Assembly: GCF_006345805.1 (NCBI RefSeq)
Contig: NC_043001.1
Span: 22,382,001 to 22,446,000 of the forward strand
Source: Octopus sinensis
Taxonomy: Eukaryota
DNA: 64,000 nt
Reading direction: 5' to 3'
The stretch's first letter is position 1. Each line of letters starts with the position of its first letter. Both the position numbers and the translations under genes were made by a program. Below the pieces are notes generated by a model. That model had not been told where the DNA came from. It saw only the letters and a list, made by a program, of their open reading frames with translations, and ran no database searches. Shown in pieces: positions 13,495 to 28,229 of the stretch.

Positions 13495-15070
13495 ATGTGG
13501 AAACTGGAGATTGACGAATGGTTAATAAGGGCTGTACAGGCCTTATTACAGAGGCCATTAGTAAGGTTAGGATTGGCAATGAATATAGTGAAGAATTCCA
13601 GGTAGAAGTAGGGGTTCACCAAGGTTCAGCCCTCAGTCCCCTTTTATTCATCATAGTCCTCCAGGCAATAACAGAGGAATTCAAGACGGATTGCCCCTGG
13701 GAGCTCCTCTATGCTGATGACCTGGCCCTCCTAGCAGAATCACTACTGGAACTAGAAAAAAAATTTTGGGTGTGGAAACAAGGTTTAGAATCAAAAGGTT
13801 TAGAGTCAATGTAGCAAAGACCAAAGTTATAGTAAGTAGGAAGGCAAACTCATCACACACACCCTCAGGGAGGTGGCCCTGCTCGATCTGAATTAAAGAT
13901 GTAGGCAGAAACTCCATAAGATGTAGCCAGTGTAAGCTATGGACACATAAGAGGTGCAGCAACATCAAAGGAAAATTAACCGAGAAGACAGCTTTCGTGT
14001 GTGACAGATGCAAAGGGGCAATAGGCACCACAGATACTCAGAAAACAGATTCCATCACACTCCAGGGAGAGAAACTAATAGTTGATAGCTTCCGCTACCT
14101 AGGTGACCAAGTTAGTCGTGGGGGTGGCTGCTCAGAGAGTGCTACCACTAGAATAAGAATAGCCTGGGCAAAGTTTAGAAAGCTTCTACCCCTACTGGTG
14201 ACAAAGGGTCTCTTGCTCAGAGTGACAGGTAGATTGTACAACACATGTGTGCGAACTGTCATGCTTCACAGCAGTGAAACATGGGCTTTGACTGTGAAGG
14301 ACATGCGTAGGCTTGAAAGAAATGAAGCTGGATGTGTAATATCAGTGTGCACGCACAACAGAGTGTAAGCGCTCTGAAAGAAATGTTGGACATAAGAAGC
14401 ATTGGATGTGGCATGCAGGAGAGACGTTTGCATTGGTATGGTCATGTACTACGGATGGATGAGGAGAGATATGTGAAGAAGTGCCACTCCCAAACAGTTG
14501 AAGGAATCTGGGGTAGAGGTAGACCCAGGAAGACATAGGATGAGGTGGTCAAGCATGACCTTCGAACGTTGGGCCTCACAGAGGCTAAGACCTCTGGAGA
14601 TATGCTGTGACTGCGAAGACCCGATGAATGAAGTGAGTTCATGGCTCGCAGGACGGCCTGCTGTGCTTACCTTGGATCATAGGGCGATCTGCTGTGCTTG
14701 AGGAGATCTATTGAGTCAAGTACGTCAACACCAACACCAAAATAAAAATCAAATGGAAAATGCTGGTGGCACGTAAAAAGCACCATGCGAACGTGGCCAA
14801 TGCCAGCGCTGCCTTGACTGGCATCAGTGCCAGTGGTACGTAAGAAGCACCAACCGATCGTGTCCATTGCCAGCCTTCTCTGGCCCCTGTACTGGTGACA
14901 CATAAAAAGCACCCACTACACTCATGTAGTGGTTGGTGTTAGGAAGGGCATCCAGCTGTAGAAGCACTGCTAGATCAGACTGGAGCCCGGTGCAGCCTCC
15001 TGGCTTCCCAGACTGCAGTCGAACCATCCAACACATGCTAGCATGGAAAACGGATGTTAAACGATGGTGA
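13495..15070 (+). mobile_element. 5'-truncated RTE-clade LINE (RT fragment plus 3' UTR)
   Basis: GVHQGSALSPLLFIIVL and WELLYADDLAL motifs, then VDSFRYLG, RIRIAWAKF, RRLHWYGHVLRM, GRGRPRKT; frameshifted; (GAT)n-type tail. Confidence 0.92.
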
Positions 15071-15429
15071 TGACAAATATCTATTGCAACAATAGGTTTG
15101 TTCTTTTGAGAAATATAAACAACAACAGTATGGGAAAATTTAGGAGAGACCTTGTAATGTTTTTCAGAGATTTAGATTTAAAGATCTCTGTAAACTTCCT
15201 AAATATCACATTAAATTTAGGCACTAGTAAATTTTCACATCCATGAAAGCTCTGTTTACTTAACATTCTCCATATTTCAGCTCCCAGTATTAATAAACAT
15301 TTCCTCTTTATCCTACCACGATTTCAAAAGTGCTATACATCATTACAATGGGGCACTTAACAGTAGTGGATTTTCAAAAATTATAAAGTAGAGATGAACC
15401 ACTTACAGCTATGACTAAAAATGTAACTG

Positions 15430-16490
15430 GAAAAATCGTGCAGTCACAAGTACTTTCTGAGAGATGGCCTTACTTGCTATGTAAGAAGGACATTGGTAGA
15501 AACTCCATATGTTGTACCCAGCACAAGCTTTGTACACATAAGAGGTGTAGCAGTATCAAAGGAAGGTTAACAGAGATAAAAAGTCTTCGTGTGCGGCAAA
15601 TGTGCAGGTACAGTAAGCACTAAAAATATGCTGACAATAAGTTCTCTCAAATGCTTGGGGGGATCATTAGAAGTAGTAGATAGCTTCTGTTATTTAGGAG
15701 ACCAAGTTAGCAGTGGAGAAGGAAGTTCTGAAAGTGTAGTTGCTAGGATAAGAATGGGTTGGGTGAAGTTCACAGAGCTTCTACTATGTTGGTAGCTAAG
15801 GGCCTCTGATGCCTGTGTAGGTACAGCAATGTTACATGGCAGTGAAACATGGGCTTCGACAACAGAGGATTTGAGAAGGCTTGAAAGAAATGAAGCTAGC
15901 ATGCTCTGCTTGATGAGTAATGGCTAGTGTGTATGCATGAAAGTGTAAACGATTTAAGAGGAAAACTGGGTATAAGAGGCATCAGATGTTGTGTGCAGGA
16001 GATAAGACTGCGTTGGTTTGGTCATATGATGCATATGGATGAGAACAGCTGCGTAAAGAAGTGCTGAACTCTAATTGTGGAGGGTTCCTGTGGAAGGAGT
16101 AGACTCAGGAAGATGTGGGACAAAGTGGTGAGAAAGGATCTTCAGATGTTCAGCCTCAATGAGGAAATGACAAGGGACCTGGAGATGTGATTTGCTGTAC
16201 TTGATAAGACATGTCAACCTAAGTAAAATTGCTGTTTTCCACACATGCTGGCTTGTCCTTTGAGGTGCTGGTGCCACTTAAAAAGCACCCATGCCAATGG
16301 CATGTAAAAAGTACCCAGTATACTCTGTTAAGTGGTTGGCGTTAGGAAGGGCATCCAGCCATAGAAACCATACTGCAACAGACAGCTGGAGTCTGGACAG
16401 CTCCCGGCTAGCTAGCTCCATGTCAACCCATCCAACCCATGCCAGCATGGAAAGCAGATATCAAATGATGATGATGATGGTAATAATGCA
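15430..16490 (+). mobile_element. Older RTE LINE 3' fragment
   Basis: Degenerate match to 13900-14620 (VVDSFCYLGDQV, RMGWVKF) followed by the family B tail. Confidence 0.8.
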
Positions 16491-17684
16491 CTTTTCAGTT
16501 AGGATGTCTAAACCAACATAACCAAAAAATTCTTGGATTTGATCTCTCTTCAATTTTCAAAATTTCATAGACACAAGATTTTCATCAGAAATTTGGTCAA
16601 AATTCTTTCTCATATTTCACCAGCTCTATCAGCTCATTTAATTCTAACTGCCTGTCATGCAACACCATGTCTGTCCCTACATGTAACTACAACAGCAAGC
16701 AAACATCTCTCTCCCTAAAGATGTTTGCCTTATTAATTCTTTGATGTACCATGTTGAAGGGTTGAATGATGGATTAACAGGAAACAGCCTCATGACATGA
16801 TTCTAGTCATACAGACTGGAGCACTAAGAGCACCATCTGAGCGTGATCGTTGCCAGAGCAGCTGACCAGCTTCCATTTGAGTGTGATCGTTACCAGCATC
16901 GCCTTACTGGCACTTGTGTCGGTGGCATGAGAAGAAACATTCAAGTGAGGTTGTTGCCAGTACCACTGGACTGGCTCCTGTGCAGGTGACACGTAAAAAA
17001 CACCATTTGAGCGTGGCTGTTGCCAGTACCACATGAGTGGCCCTCATGCCAGTGGCACGTAAAAGCACCCACTACACTCTCAGAGTGGTTGGTGTTAGGA
17101 AGGGCATCCAGCTATAGAAACTCTTCCAGATCAGATTGGAGCCTGGTGCAGCCATCTGGTTTGTCAGACCTCAGTCAAATCATCCAACCCATGCTAGCAT
17201 GGAAAGCAGACGTTAAACGATGATGATGATGATGATTTGTTGAACAAGAAACTCTTCACAAGTCTCTCTAGTTATATATATGGGACTTACAAGAAAGCAA
17301 TAACAACTTTAAAATATCACGGTCTGTTTGTATTTCTGCAACTGCCCATGAATATACTGAAATTAGGAAGTAACCTCAAGTGCCAACTTTGTTTAGTATA
17401 GAAAGTCACAATATTACTCCAAGAAGAAAATGGACTAAACAACCATAAACCACTTTTGCACTTACACAAAACCACCACGCTTGTCTTCGTGAACACCATA
17501 GAACTTAAACATAATCCCATTGTTTCACCACTACAAGGTCTCTTTTGTGCTTTTTACCCTTCTTCACCACTTCTCCTTAGTGGCTTTGTTTTGCTACTGC
17601 AGCTCCTCAACTATTACTCATAATCCATTAGGCCATCATTACTCTTACATATCCCTTTTCCTCTCTATCTCAATTTTTCTTGTA

Positions 17685-17686
<2 letters not shown>

Positions 17687-17747
<61 letters not shown>
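17687..17747. repeat. (TG)n microsatellite
   Basis: About 30 uninterrupted TG units. Confidence 0.95.
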
Positions 17748-17749
<2 letters not shown>

Positions 17750-17910
17750 TCATCATCATTTAACATCCGCTTTGCCATGCTTGGATGGATTAGATGGAAT
17801 TTGTTGAGGCAAATTTTCTACAGTTGGACACCCTTCCAGTCAGCAACCCTCACTTGTTTCCAGGCAATATTTCTCATGGCCAGAGATGTTTTCCATATTG
17901 AAAAAGGCTC

Positions 17911-17941
<31 letters not shown>

Positions 17942-18129
17942 TATAATTGTATATAATATATATCATAATGATATTTAATCTCCGATTTTAAAGCGACAAT
18001 TTTTAAATATAAACAAATGACAGAAAAACGATGAGCTAACCTCAGGCTGAATTGAACCCACTAATCGTAGCTGTCGTGGCTCCTTGCGAATCTGATTGGC
18101 AAAACACCAATGTTATAAATATGATATAA

Positions 18130-18167
<38 letters not shown>

Positions 18168-19406
18168 TGTGTAGTAAGAAGTTTCTTTCCCAACCACATG
18201 GTTCCATATTCAGTCCCACAGCATGGTACCTTGGGCAAGTATCTTCTACTATTGCACCGGGTTAACCAAAGTCTTGTGAGTGGATTTTATAGACAGAAAC
18301 TGAAAGAACCTCGTCATACAGACATTTATTTATTTATTTATTTATGTACATATGTATGTACGTACGTATGTATATATGTATGTATGTATGTATGAGTGTG
18401 TAAGTGTGTCTATGTTTATTCCCCTCTACTGCTTGACAACCATAACTTATCAGTTTGGCAAAAGAGAACAATAAAGTAAGCACCAGGCTAAGAAATAAGT
18501 ACTGGAGTCAATTCATTTGACTAAAAATCTTCAAGATGCCCCAGCGTGGCCACAGTCTAATGACTGAGAGAAATAAAAAGTACAAGTAAGAGAGAGAGAG
18601 AGTTGATACCAGTAGAAAAAAATATAGAGAGAGAAGCATGAAGGAATTTGAAAACACTACAAGTGAGCAAAGTGTTTTTAAGAAATTTCATAAAAGTACT
18701 GACAAGAAGAGAAGTGGTTGCATTTAGTAGACCAGGTCAAAGGTGATATGCAGTCTTGCAGACGTTTGTGAAGTAAGGGCTGGTGTTAGATATATTAAAG
18801 TGTGACAAACAGCATATAGGCCAGTGTTTAAAAGCAAGTGTGCAGGAGACTCATATAACCAAATTCAGGTAAGTCAGAGTTAAATAAAAGATGAATCACA
18901 AAACAGCTTAGTCAGTGCATGACTTTTAGTCATCTGAAGGAGGAGTGGTTGACTTAGCCAGGCATGGTTGAGGTGCTATAAATAAGATTTTGAAAGACTT
19001 ATGAAATTTCAGGACAGATTACTGAAATTTGAAAAAAAGTTGATAAACTGCAAAGGAATTAACTCCCCAAGGGATCCTCAAAAATGGTCTGCTGTACCAT
19101 CAGTGATCATTGAGCAACAAAAGTATTCATCATCATCATCGTCATCATTTTATTGTCCACTCTCCCATGCTTGCATGAGTCAGATGGAATTCGTTGAGGT
19201 AGATTTTCTACAACTGGATGCCCTTCCTGTCACCAACCATTGCTTGTTTTCAAGCAAGATTTTATTTCGCCATGGTTGGACATGTTCGCAGGGAGAAATC
19301 AGAAATGAAGGACACCATTTGTGTGACAGTGAAACTCATCTACTACTATCATGTGACATTAAGAAGAGAAACAAAGACAAACATCATACACATACACACA
19401 TACATA

Positions 19407-19885
19407 CCCTAAATCCTCGAGTATAGTCCGCCCTTGAGTATAATACGCAGGGGATTTTTAGGGGGCTGTACCTCTGAAAAACCTAAACTTTGTGTATAAT
19501 ACACACCCCTTCTCTAACTTGAGTCAAGAAGTCTATATAACGTCCTTGGTTTGTAAAAATGTATACGGTAATATCCTTTATTATTATTGTATATATAACA
19601 CAATGCAAACGTGTAGCTTTTTTGTGTATTTTGTTTTCAGAAAATAAAGAAATAACAGTAATAACATTTAATAAATGTTGCTAACTGCAAGTTATGGATG
19701 ATTTAAGGTATTTTTGCACCTGACATCACAAAATGTGTCTAAATAAACATTGCCGGACAGCAAATAGAGACTCGGACATTGCTTAGAAAATAATTTTCAT
19801 TTTTAACCTCGTATATAGTATGCACTAAGGATTTTGACCTTTAAATTTTGGGGAAAAAATGCGGATTATACTCGAGGATTTATGG
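19407..19885. mobile_element. pogo/Tigger-like MITE
   Basis: TIRs CC(C/A)TAAATCCTCGAGTATA, TA on both flanks. Confidence 0.8.
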
Positions 19886-21057
19886 TACTTATACATAAAA
19901 CATAGATGTGTGTGTGTGTGTGTGTAAGAAATTAAATAAATGATAAGGGACTAAGAAATTATGTAATGACCTTCATTAGCTAACAGCTATTTCTGCTATA
20001 ATGTACAATGCACTCATAGTTGAGTGCTTGTGCATTACCCTACAGCTTCATTGGAGCTATAGTACGATTCGTGGGGGCTGAACCTGAATCCTCGTATATG
20101 GGAAGTAAGCTTCTTAACCATGTTTGCACATAATTAAAAGACAACACAAAATAAAAAGTCTGGATTTGAAAGTAAAATCATTTTTCTATTCTATGCAATA
20201 AAGAAACATTTGCTATTTGTGTACACAAAATGCCAGTTGAATAGTTATTGGCGTATTGTTGTTATGAAAAATATAGCAGAGTTTACTTTGATGTTGGAAC
20301 AAAAAAAAAAAAAGGAGGGAAAAAAATAGTAGGACACTAATTCAGGAATGTGAAACTAGCAGTGCAGTCGGTTTCTTTGAAAAGCAGCACAAATAGCTCC
20401 AAAGTAAATGTCAAAGAAGGAAGTGACAAGTACATTTTACCATGCATTCTATGATTCAATGCCAACATTTAGATGCAAAGTAAATTATAACAATAACTAT
20501 TAAGAGAGTAATAGAATACAGCTAACTTCTTATTTTCGAGAACTCCATCCAAATCATCATCAATATCACCATGATCACTATCATTGTTTTGATGTCTACT
20601 TTTCCATGCTTGCATGGGTCAGACAGAGTTTTGTTAAGTCAGATTTTCTTTGGTTGGATGCCCTTCCTGTTGCCGACCCTCACCTGTTTCCAAGTAAGTT
20701 AATATTTCTCCATAGCCAAACATGTTTCCATGCAAGATTGAAAATAAAGGATACTGCCTGCATGACAGAGACACTCCTTTACAATTATCACAAAATGTCA
20801 AGGCAAAGAGACTGTAACACACACACATATATATATGTATACACACACACACCTATACGCACAACAGGCTTCTTTCAGTTTCTGTCAACCAAATCTCCTC
20901 ACAAGGCTTTGGCTGACCTGGGGCTATAGTAGAAGACACTTGCACAAGGTGCCATACAACAGGGCTGAACCCAAAACCATGTGGTTGGGAAACAAATTTC
21001 ATACCACAGCCACACCTGAACCTCCAAAAGAACTACTTGCCAGAAGCAGGATATAAA

Positions 21058-21455
21058 TCTATATATATAAAGCTGAAGCTGTCTGTGGGTGGCAGGTTTG
21101 GCAGGTTTGGTAGCCTTCAACTAACACTATCTCCTCCAAGACTCTGCGGCGCAAGTTGACCAAAATTGAGAGTATGATAGAAGAAGGCTTGCTCTTCATT
21201 TCGTAGAAGAAAAATTTCAAATCGGACCATGTTAACACCAAAAATTATTTACATCAAAAAGGTGGGTTTTTCTATGAAAATCCCTATTTTTTACGATTTT
21301 TTTTACTGCTGTGTTGCCATTTTTCGGTGTATTTCAACCAGAAAAATGTTCACTTAAAGAGAATAACAAGCTACATAATGCAAAATTTTTACTTTTCAAA
21401 AATTCCAATTCTAAAGGGTCGACACAAACCCAAGCAAACCAGGCAATACTGCTGG
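21058..21455 (+). mobile_element. Non-autonomous Helitron
   Basis: Inserted between A and T, starts TC, ends CTGG (CTRR), decayed subterminal hairpin, no TSD. Confidence 0.75.
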
Positions 21456-21692
21456 TAAAAATATAAAGTAAACTAGAAACTCTTCTCTGGTGTAAAAACA
21501 ATGCTAAGAGCCTTATCCCTTGATAGATTATAATCAGTTCTCAAGATATAAATATTAATACACAAAACTCTCTTAACCTCCATAACCAGAGAAATTCGTG
21601 GGAAAATTTTTTTAGCTTACTCATATTATATCTGTCATATGAGAGAATTTTGAAAGCTTTAACAATCACATTCCAGATTAAATATCAATATA

Positions 21693-22103
21693 GGCGCAGG
21701 AGTGGCTGTATGGTAAGTAGCTTGCTAACCAACCACATGGTTCCGGGTTCAGTCCCACTGCGTGGCATCTTGGGCAAGTGTCTTCTACTATAGCCCCGGG
21801 CCGGCCAATGCCTTGTGAGTGGATTTGGTAGACGGAAACTGAAAGAAGCCTGTCGTATATATGCATATATATATATATGTGTGTGTGTATGTCTATGTTT
21901 GTCCCCCTAGCATTGCTTGACAACCGATGCTGGTGTGTTTACGTCCCGTCACTTAGCGGTTCGGCAAAAAGAGACCGATAGAATAAGTACTGGGCTTAAA
22001 GAGAATAAGTCCCGGGGTCGATTTGCTCGACTAAAGGCGGTGTTCCAGCATGGCCGCAGTCAAAATGACTGAAACAAGTAAAAGAGTAAAAGAATAAAAG
22101 AAT
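21693..22103 (+). mobile_element. tRNA-headed SINE, family A (full length)
   Basis: Complete head to AAAAGAGT tail; an inverted copy follows at about 22210-22608. Others near 18165, 26844, 28728, 30352 and 36010. Confidence 0.88.
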
Positions 22104-22405
22104 GTCTTTAAAAAGTGCATAAAATTTACAAAGCTTTGTGAAACTGAATAATCATCATGATACACATTTGAAAGATGATAGATAAGGTACCCCTGAATCA
22201 GTCTAATATTCTTTTACTTGTTTCAGTCATTTGACTGCAGCCATGCTGGAGCATGCCTTTAGTCGAGCAAATCGACCCCAGGACTTATTCTTTGTAAGCC
22301 TAGTACTTATTCTATCAGTCTCTTTTGCTGAACCGCTAAGTTACGGGGACGTAAGCACACCAGCATCGGTTGTCAAGCGATGTTGGGGAGACAAACACAG
22401 ATACA

Positions 22406-22443
<38 letters not shown>

Positions 22444-23449
22444 CACAACAGGCTTCTTTCAGTTTCCATCTACCAAATCCACTCACAAGGCTTTGGTCAG
22501 CCCGAGGCTATAGTAAAAGACACTTGCCCAAGGTGCCACGCAGTGGGACTGAACCCGGAACTATGTGGTTGTTAAGCAAGCTACTTACCACACAGCCACT
22601 CCTGCACCTATAGATCCTTTATATAGGACTTTTTTTTCTTTCAAGCTAATTCAGTCCTGATGTCAGCTACAACAGTAATTTTACCTCCAACTATTTTTGA
22701 AGTGAAACATTGCTCATATAAAACATTTCAGTTTCTTACATGGATGTATTCTGGGAACCACCCTATACCCCTTTGTGAGACATACCCAGCCTAAAATGGA
22801 TGGCAAACACTCAAAAGTACATATTTATGGATCCTATTAATATCATCATTCAACTGTCAGAAGTAAAGTTCCCTGAAACTGAAACCCAAATTTGTTTGAA
22901 AACAGTAAAAATGAAAAGTATTAATGTTATGTTCATGTGTGGTTAAGAAGTTTGCTTCTCAGGCACCTGAATTTGGATTCAATCCTATGGATAAAAGGAG
23001 GTATATGCATGGCTACATGTGTAGGTGTGCTGGCTGTCTAAGAAGCTTGCCTCTCAACCATGTGGTTTCAAGTTTAGTCCTACTGCATGGCAACTTGAAC
23101 AAATGTTTCTTCTAGGCTGACCAAAGCCTTGTCAGTGGATTTGGCAGATGGAAACTAAAAGAAATGTTGTCTGTGTATATGCACAATATATATATCTATA
23201 TATATAATACCACTACTACTAATAGTAGTAGTAGTAGTAGGGAATATAATTCCAAAACTTACAGGGAAAAATTCAATTCAACAATTTTAAATCAAATTTC
23301 ACAATACATAATATATGTATATAATTTAGAGAAAAACTACTATTAAACAATTCAATAAAGAAAGATGTTATAAAGTAATATTGTAGATGTTTTATAGCAG
23401 TGTGAATAACATCTTTGTTTATTGAATTGTTTAATAGTGGTTTTTCTCT

Positions 23450-23504
<55 letters not shown>

Positions 23505-24067
23505 TGTGTAGATAAGGTTATAATCCAAGTTGTGTCCTCTTGTCGCATATTCCAGTACTCCAAAATTATATGTAGATGTTAGAATTGTGTGAAGCATGCA
23601 GAAAAATGGTAAGGGTTAGGGTTGTAATTACATGCCAAAACAGGTGACTGGAAAAAATAGTTTTGGAATTATTTATTCACTATTACCCATGTTTCATTTG
23701 CAAATAGGAGAGTTACAAAATTGTACATGAAGGATAAACATTTAAGAAATCTCCTATTAGAAATTCTTCAGAAAGAGAATCAAATAATTAAGTATTATTT
23801 GATTCTCTTTGTCTGAAGAATTTTGAATGCAACATATAATGGAGAATAGGTAATAAAAAAAAATTTTTCCAACCTCCCGTTTTGGTCACATCTCCATGTC
23901 GGTGGCACATAAAAAGCACCCACTGCACTCTCAGAGTGGTTGGCGTTAGGAAGAGCATCCAGCTGTAGAAACCTTGCCAGATCAGAGTGGAGCCTAGTGC
24001 AGCCTCCTGGCTTGCCAGTCATCAGTCAAACCATCCAACCCATGCTAGCATGGAAAGCAGACATTAA

Positions 24068-24449
24068 CTCTTTCGTTACTGTATTTCTTTTGAGGTGCTC
24101 TGTGTTTCTTTCAATCAATTTTAAATGTAACAAAGAATTAAGTAAAATAACTTAGTAATCATTAAGCTAGTGTTAGGAACATAAAAGCACCCACTACACT
24201 CTCGGAGTGGTTGGCATTAGGAAGGGCATCCATCTGTAGAAACTCTGTGAGATCAAGATTGGAGCCTGGTGCAGCCATCTAGTTCGCCAGTCCTCAGTCA
24301 AATCATCCAACCCATGCTAGCATGGAAAGCGAACGTTAAACAATGATGATGATGATGTTTGTTGGAAGATTTTAATTCAAAACTTATGCTAACATGACAT
24401 CTGTACTACAGAGTCAGAGGTGGTTTCAGCCAGGTTGGTATGGAAAGGG
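24068..24449. mobile_element. piggyBac-type MITE containing an RTE-UTR insertion
   Basis: TTAA|CTCTTTCGTTAC ... GGAAAGGG|CTAA; body matches the copies at 28024, 45186 and 54656. Confidence 0.75.
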
Positions 24450-24544
24450 CTAAACGATAATGATGATGGTGGTGGTGGTCAAGGGGAGGTCCTTGTCATG
24501 ACATCACATGAAACAAGCATCGCTATTGGACAAGCAGTGTCATT

Positions 24545-24860
24545 GTCATTCATTGAAACATCACCGTGATCACCGTGACCGACCAGGCTATCAGATGTTG
24601 TTACACATCGCTGGTCACAATGCACTTCGCATTGTTTTAGCCTTCAAATGACGCCACCCCGCTGGCTAAGCGAGCAGGCCAACAGAAGAAAGAGTGAGAG
24701 AAAACTGAGGCGAAAGAGTACAGCATGGATCGCCACCCCCCCCTGCCGGAGCCTTGAGGAGATTTAGGTGTTTTCGCTCATTAAACACTCACAATGCCCG
24801 GTCTGGGAATCGAAACCGCGAGTCTGTTGCCCTAACCACTGGGCCATTGCGCCTCCTCAT
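24545..24860 (-). mobile_element. tRNA-headed SINE, family D
   Basis: Reverse strand starts GGAGGCGCAATGGCCCAGTGGTTAGGGC (A-box-like) with a B-box-like GGTTTCGATTCCC; a related head occurs at 29635. Confidence 0.65.
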
Positions 24861-27800
24861 TGAAACATACCTAGCCATAAAGAAATATTACTTTGCTTTG
24901 AAACAGGTGAGGATTGGAAACAGAAAGAGCATTTGACTGTAAAAACAAATCTGCCTGCTCAATGCAGGCATACAACGGTAGACATCAAAACGATGATGTA
25001 CAGCTGAGCCACTACAACAAAGCACACAGGTTTTATGTGATGTTTCAATTGAATCAGAAGCACTGCGTTAATTGGTTTTAACTTGATACTTTTCTAAATA
25101 TAGCTGCTTATTTTCATTTGCAATGCCTGCGATTCACTTATCCAGCTGTTTGGTTTGGGATGGTTCAACTAGAATTTAAGTTTAATGCTATCACTTAAAA
25201 GGTAAGTGGTAGCAAGCAGAATAATTTTGTGCGAGAAAGAATACGGTTTTAAATCTTTTATCTTTTCCTCGATTCAGTCATTGAACTGCAGCCATGAACT
25301 GTTTTTAGCCAAACAAATCGACCCCTGTATTTATTGTTTTGTTCTTTTGTTTGTTTTTTTAAAGTCTAGTATTTATTCTATTAGTCTCTTTTGCCAAACC
25401 ACTAAGTTACATCATCATAAACAAACCAACACCGGTTTTTGTGCAATGGATATGAGGAGGTAGGGAGGCAAACACACACACACACACACACATCTTTAAT
25501 CTTTCATTTGTTTCAGTCATTAGATTGCAGTTATGCTGGGACACTGCCTTCAAGAATTTTGAGTCAATGCATTGTGCCACATTGAGAGGAGAGAGAATTC
25601 ATAGTGACATGATGCACCTAGTGCACTAAAGGTTAATATATATATATTAGTGAAAGATGTTGTTCTTTTATTGCCCACAAGGAGCTAAACACAGAGGGGA
25701 CAAACAAAGGGATTAAGTCGATTACATCGATCCCAGTGTGTAACTGGTATTTAATTTATCGACCTCGAAAGGATGAAAGGCAAAGTCGACTCAGCGGAAT
25801 TTGAACTCAGAACGTAACAGTAGACGAAATACCGATAATCATTTTGCCTGGTGCGCTAACGTTTCTGCCAGCCACCTATTAGTGAAAGACGTACACACAT
25901 ATATACATGCATGCATACAAATTCACAGACAGACACACACACATATACATGATGAGTTTCCACACAATTTCCATTTACCAAAATCCACTCATAAGGAAAC
26001 TGCTAACCCGAGGTTATTCTGGATGCCACTTGTGCAAGAAATTTTGCAGTGGGACTGAAGCCAGAACTGCATGGTTGCAAAGCAAACTTCTTAACCACAC
26101 ACCCATGAGGGGGAATTTGTAGACAGACTCTGTGCAGAGAGAGAGAGAGAGAGAGAGAGAGTGTGTGTGTGTGTGTGTTTATGTATGTCAGTGGAAAATT
26201 GAGTGCTACGTTGCATCCCTTCACATCAAGAGATAACTTCCAGAAACTGATAAAAATAAGTACCAGGCTGAAATATGTATTGGGCTCAAATACAACGGAA
26301 GGAAAGCTCCAGCATGACCCACAGTCCAATGACTGAAAGCATCCCTAACTAAATCACAACTCATTCTATCTCTAAAGATGACCAGTGCACTTAACCAGCT
26401 TCGTGTAAGATGACCAATGTACTTAACCAGCTTCGTGGTCTTTTCCGTAGGCTTTTCTATCCATGGACAAACCTAATCTGTTTTCCCTTTTTACATTGAC
26501 ATTTCTGTGATATACGATCCCTATTGATCGTCCCTGCCTTTTTTTTTTTCACGATCCCTTTTGATCGGAATTCGGCCCTTTTTTTTTTTAGCCCTGCATG
26601 GCCAATAAAGAAATCTATTTCAGCTACCTACTATGAAGATATGAAATTGAAACTGTAAGGCTGAGTGCAGGATAGGAAGGAGAAGAAAAGAAAGCAGAAG
26701 AGTTGTTCATTGGAAAACTATTTTGTTTAAAAGGAAGCTGATACATGGTCACTCAACCTGCTGAAAATAGCACCTAAAACTAACAAATCACAGCTTACAA
26801 TCTTAAATAAAGGCTATATTAATATATTCCCTGATATCCAAATGGCGTAGGAGTGGCTGTGTGGTAAGCTTGTTTACCTACCACACGGTTCCAGGTTCAG
26901 TTCCAATGCGTGACACCTTGGGCAAGTGTCTTCTACTATAGCCTCGGGTCGACCAAAGCCTTGTGAGTGGATTTGGTAGACAGAAACTGAAAGAAGCTCA
27001 TTGTATATATGTATATATATATATATATATATATGTGTGCGTATGTGTATATGTTTGTCCCCCCAACATCGCTTGACAACCGATGCTGGTGTGTTTATGT
27101 CGCCGTAACTTAGCGGTTCGGCAAAAGAGAGACCGATAGAATAAATACTAGGCTTACAAACATTGATAATAGAGTAAACAGAGAGATGGTCAATCTTTAT
27201 GACAATCACTTGTTCTAAGATGTATGCATTAAATCTTCAAGTAAATTGTGAGAAAGTCAAACAAATGTTATAGGCATGTTCACACATACATATACACACT
27301 AATGGCATGTGCACTTCTACATATTACCCCACTCTGTCAGACATGCACTAAATGTCATCTGTGTGTATGTATGTATGTGTGCATACAACCAATAGCTTTT
27401 GTATGTATACATGTGGTTTATTTGAATTTCTCTTTTTCTCTATCGCATACATACTTTTACCAACCCCAAAGTATGACAGTTTTTTTTTTTTCACGCCACA
27501 AGAATCCCTCATTAGCAATTTAATATAACAGACAATAGAAAAAAAATAGATAAATGTTCAATTTTCATGGCAATGATTTGCTCCAAGACATGTGTTAAAT
27601 TGTCAGGTGGTTAGTGAAAGAGGAAGTCAAACAAACACTGCAGGCACATGGTCTCTACTCTCTCACACACATATACTAAATTGTAAAAAACAGGAACAAA
27701 ATTCCTGTAAGAAATCAAGCAGGTCAAATGCAGAGGAGGAAAAGACAAAGACCATAACTCCAGTGAACTCTATATTTTATTTTTCCTGCACGTGACCAGG

Positions 27801-28023
27801 AAGATTTTTCTTTTTCCCAACAATTTTACAACAGTTGTAAGACCAGCAAAGAGGTAGTGACACTTTCAGGCCTCCAGTGGCATAGAGCCCACACCATTCT
27901 ATTCTTTTCAATCATTCTGATGATTTGCTGAGCTTGGTTCTTAACCCTTCGGTATGAAATCTTTTGGTAAATTAGGTATTATGAGAATATATTGTATTTA
28001 TAATAATATACCCACACCATTAA

Positions 28024-28229
28024 CCCTTTCATTACCAACCCGGCTGAAACCAGCTCTTGCTTTGAGTACAAATGTCTTGTTTTTGTAAGTTTTGGATTAA
28101 AATCTTCCACCAAACCTTAGTCCCAATTTATGTTCCTAACACTAGCTTAATTTTACTAAATTCTTTGTTATATTTAATGTAATTGAAAGAACCACAGAAC
28201 ATCTCAAAATAAATATGGTAACGAAAGGG
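28024..28229. mobile_element. piggyBac-type MITE
   Basis: TTAA|CCCTTTCATTACC ... GGTAACGAAAGGG|TTAA. Confidence 0.9.

Noticed and set aside
21693-21770. tRNA-like sequence
   Set aside because: SINE head: no complete cloverleaf, and it continues into the SINE body.
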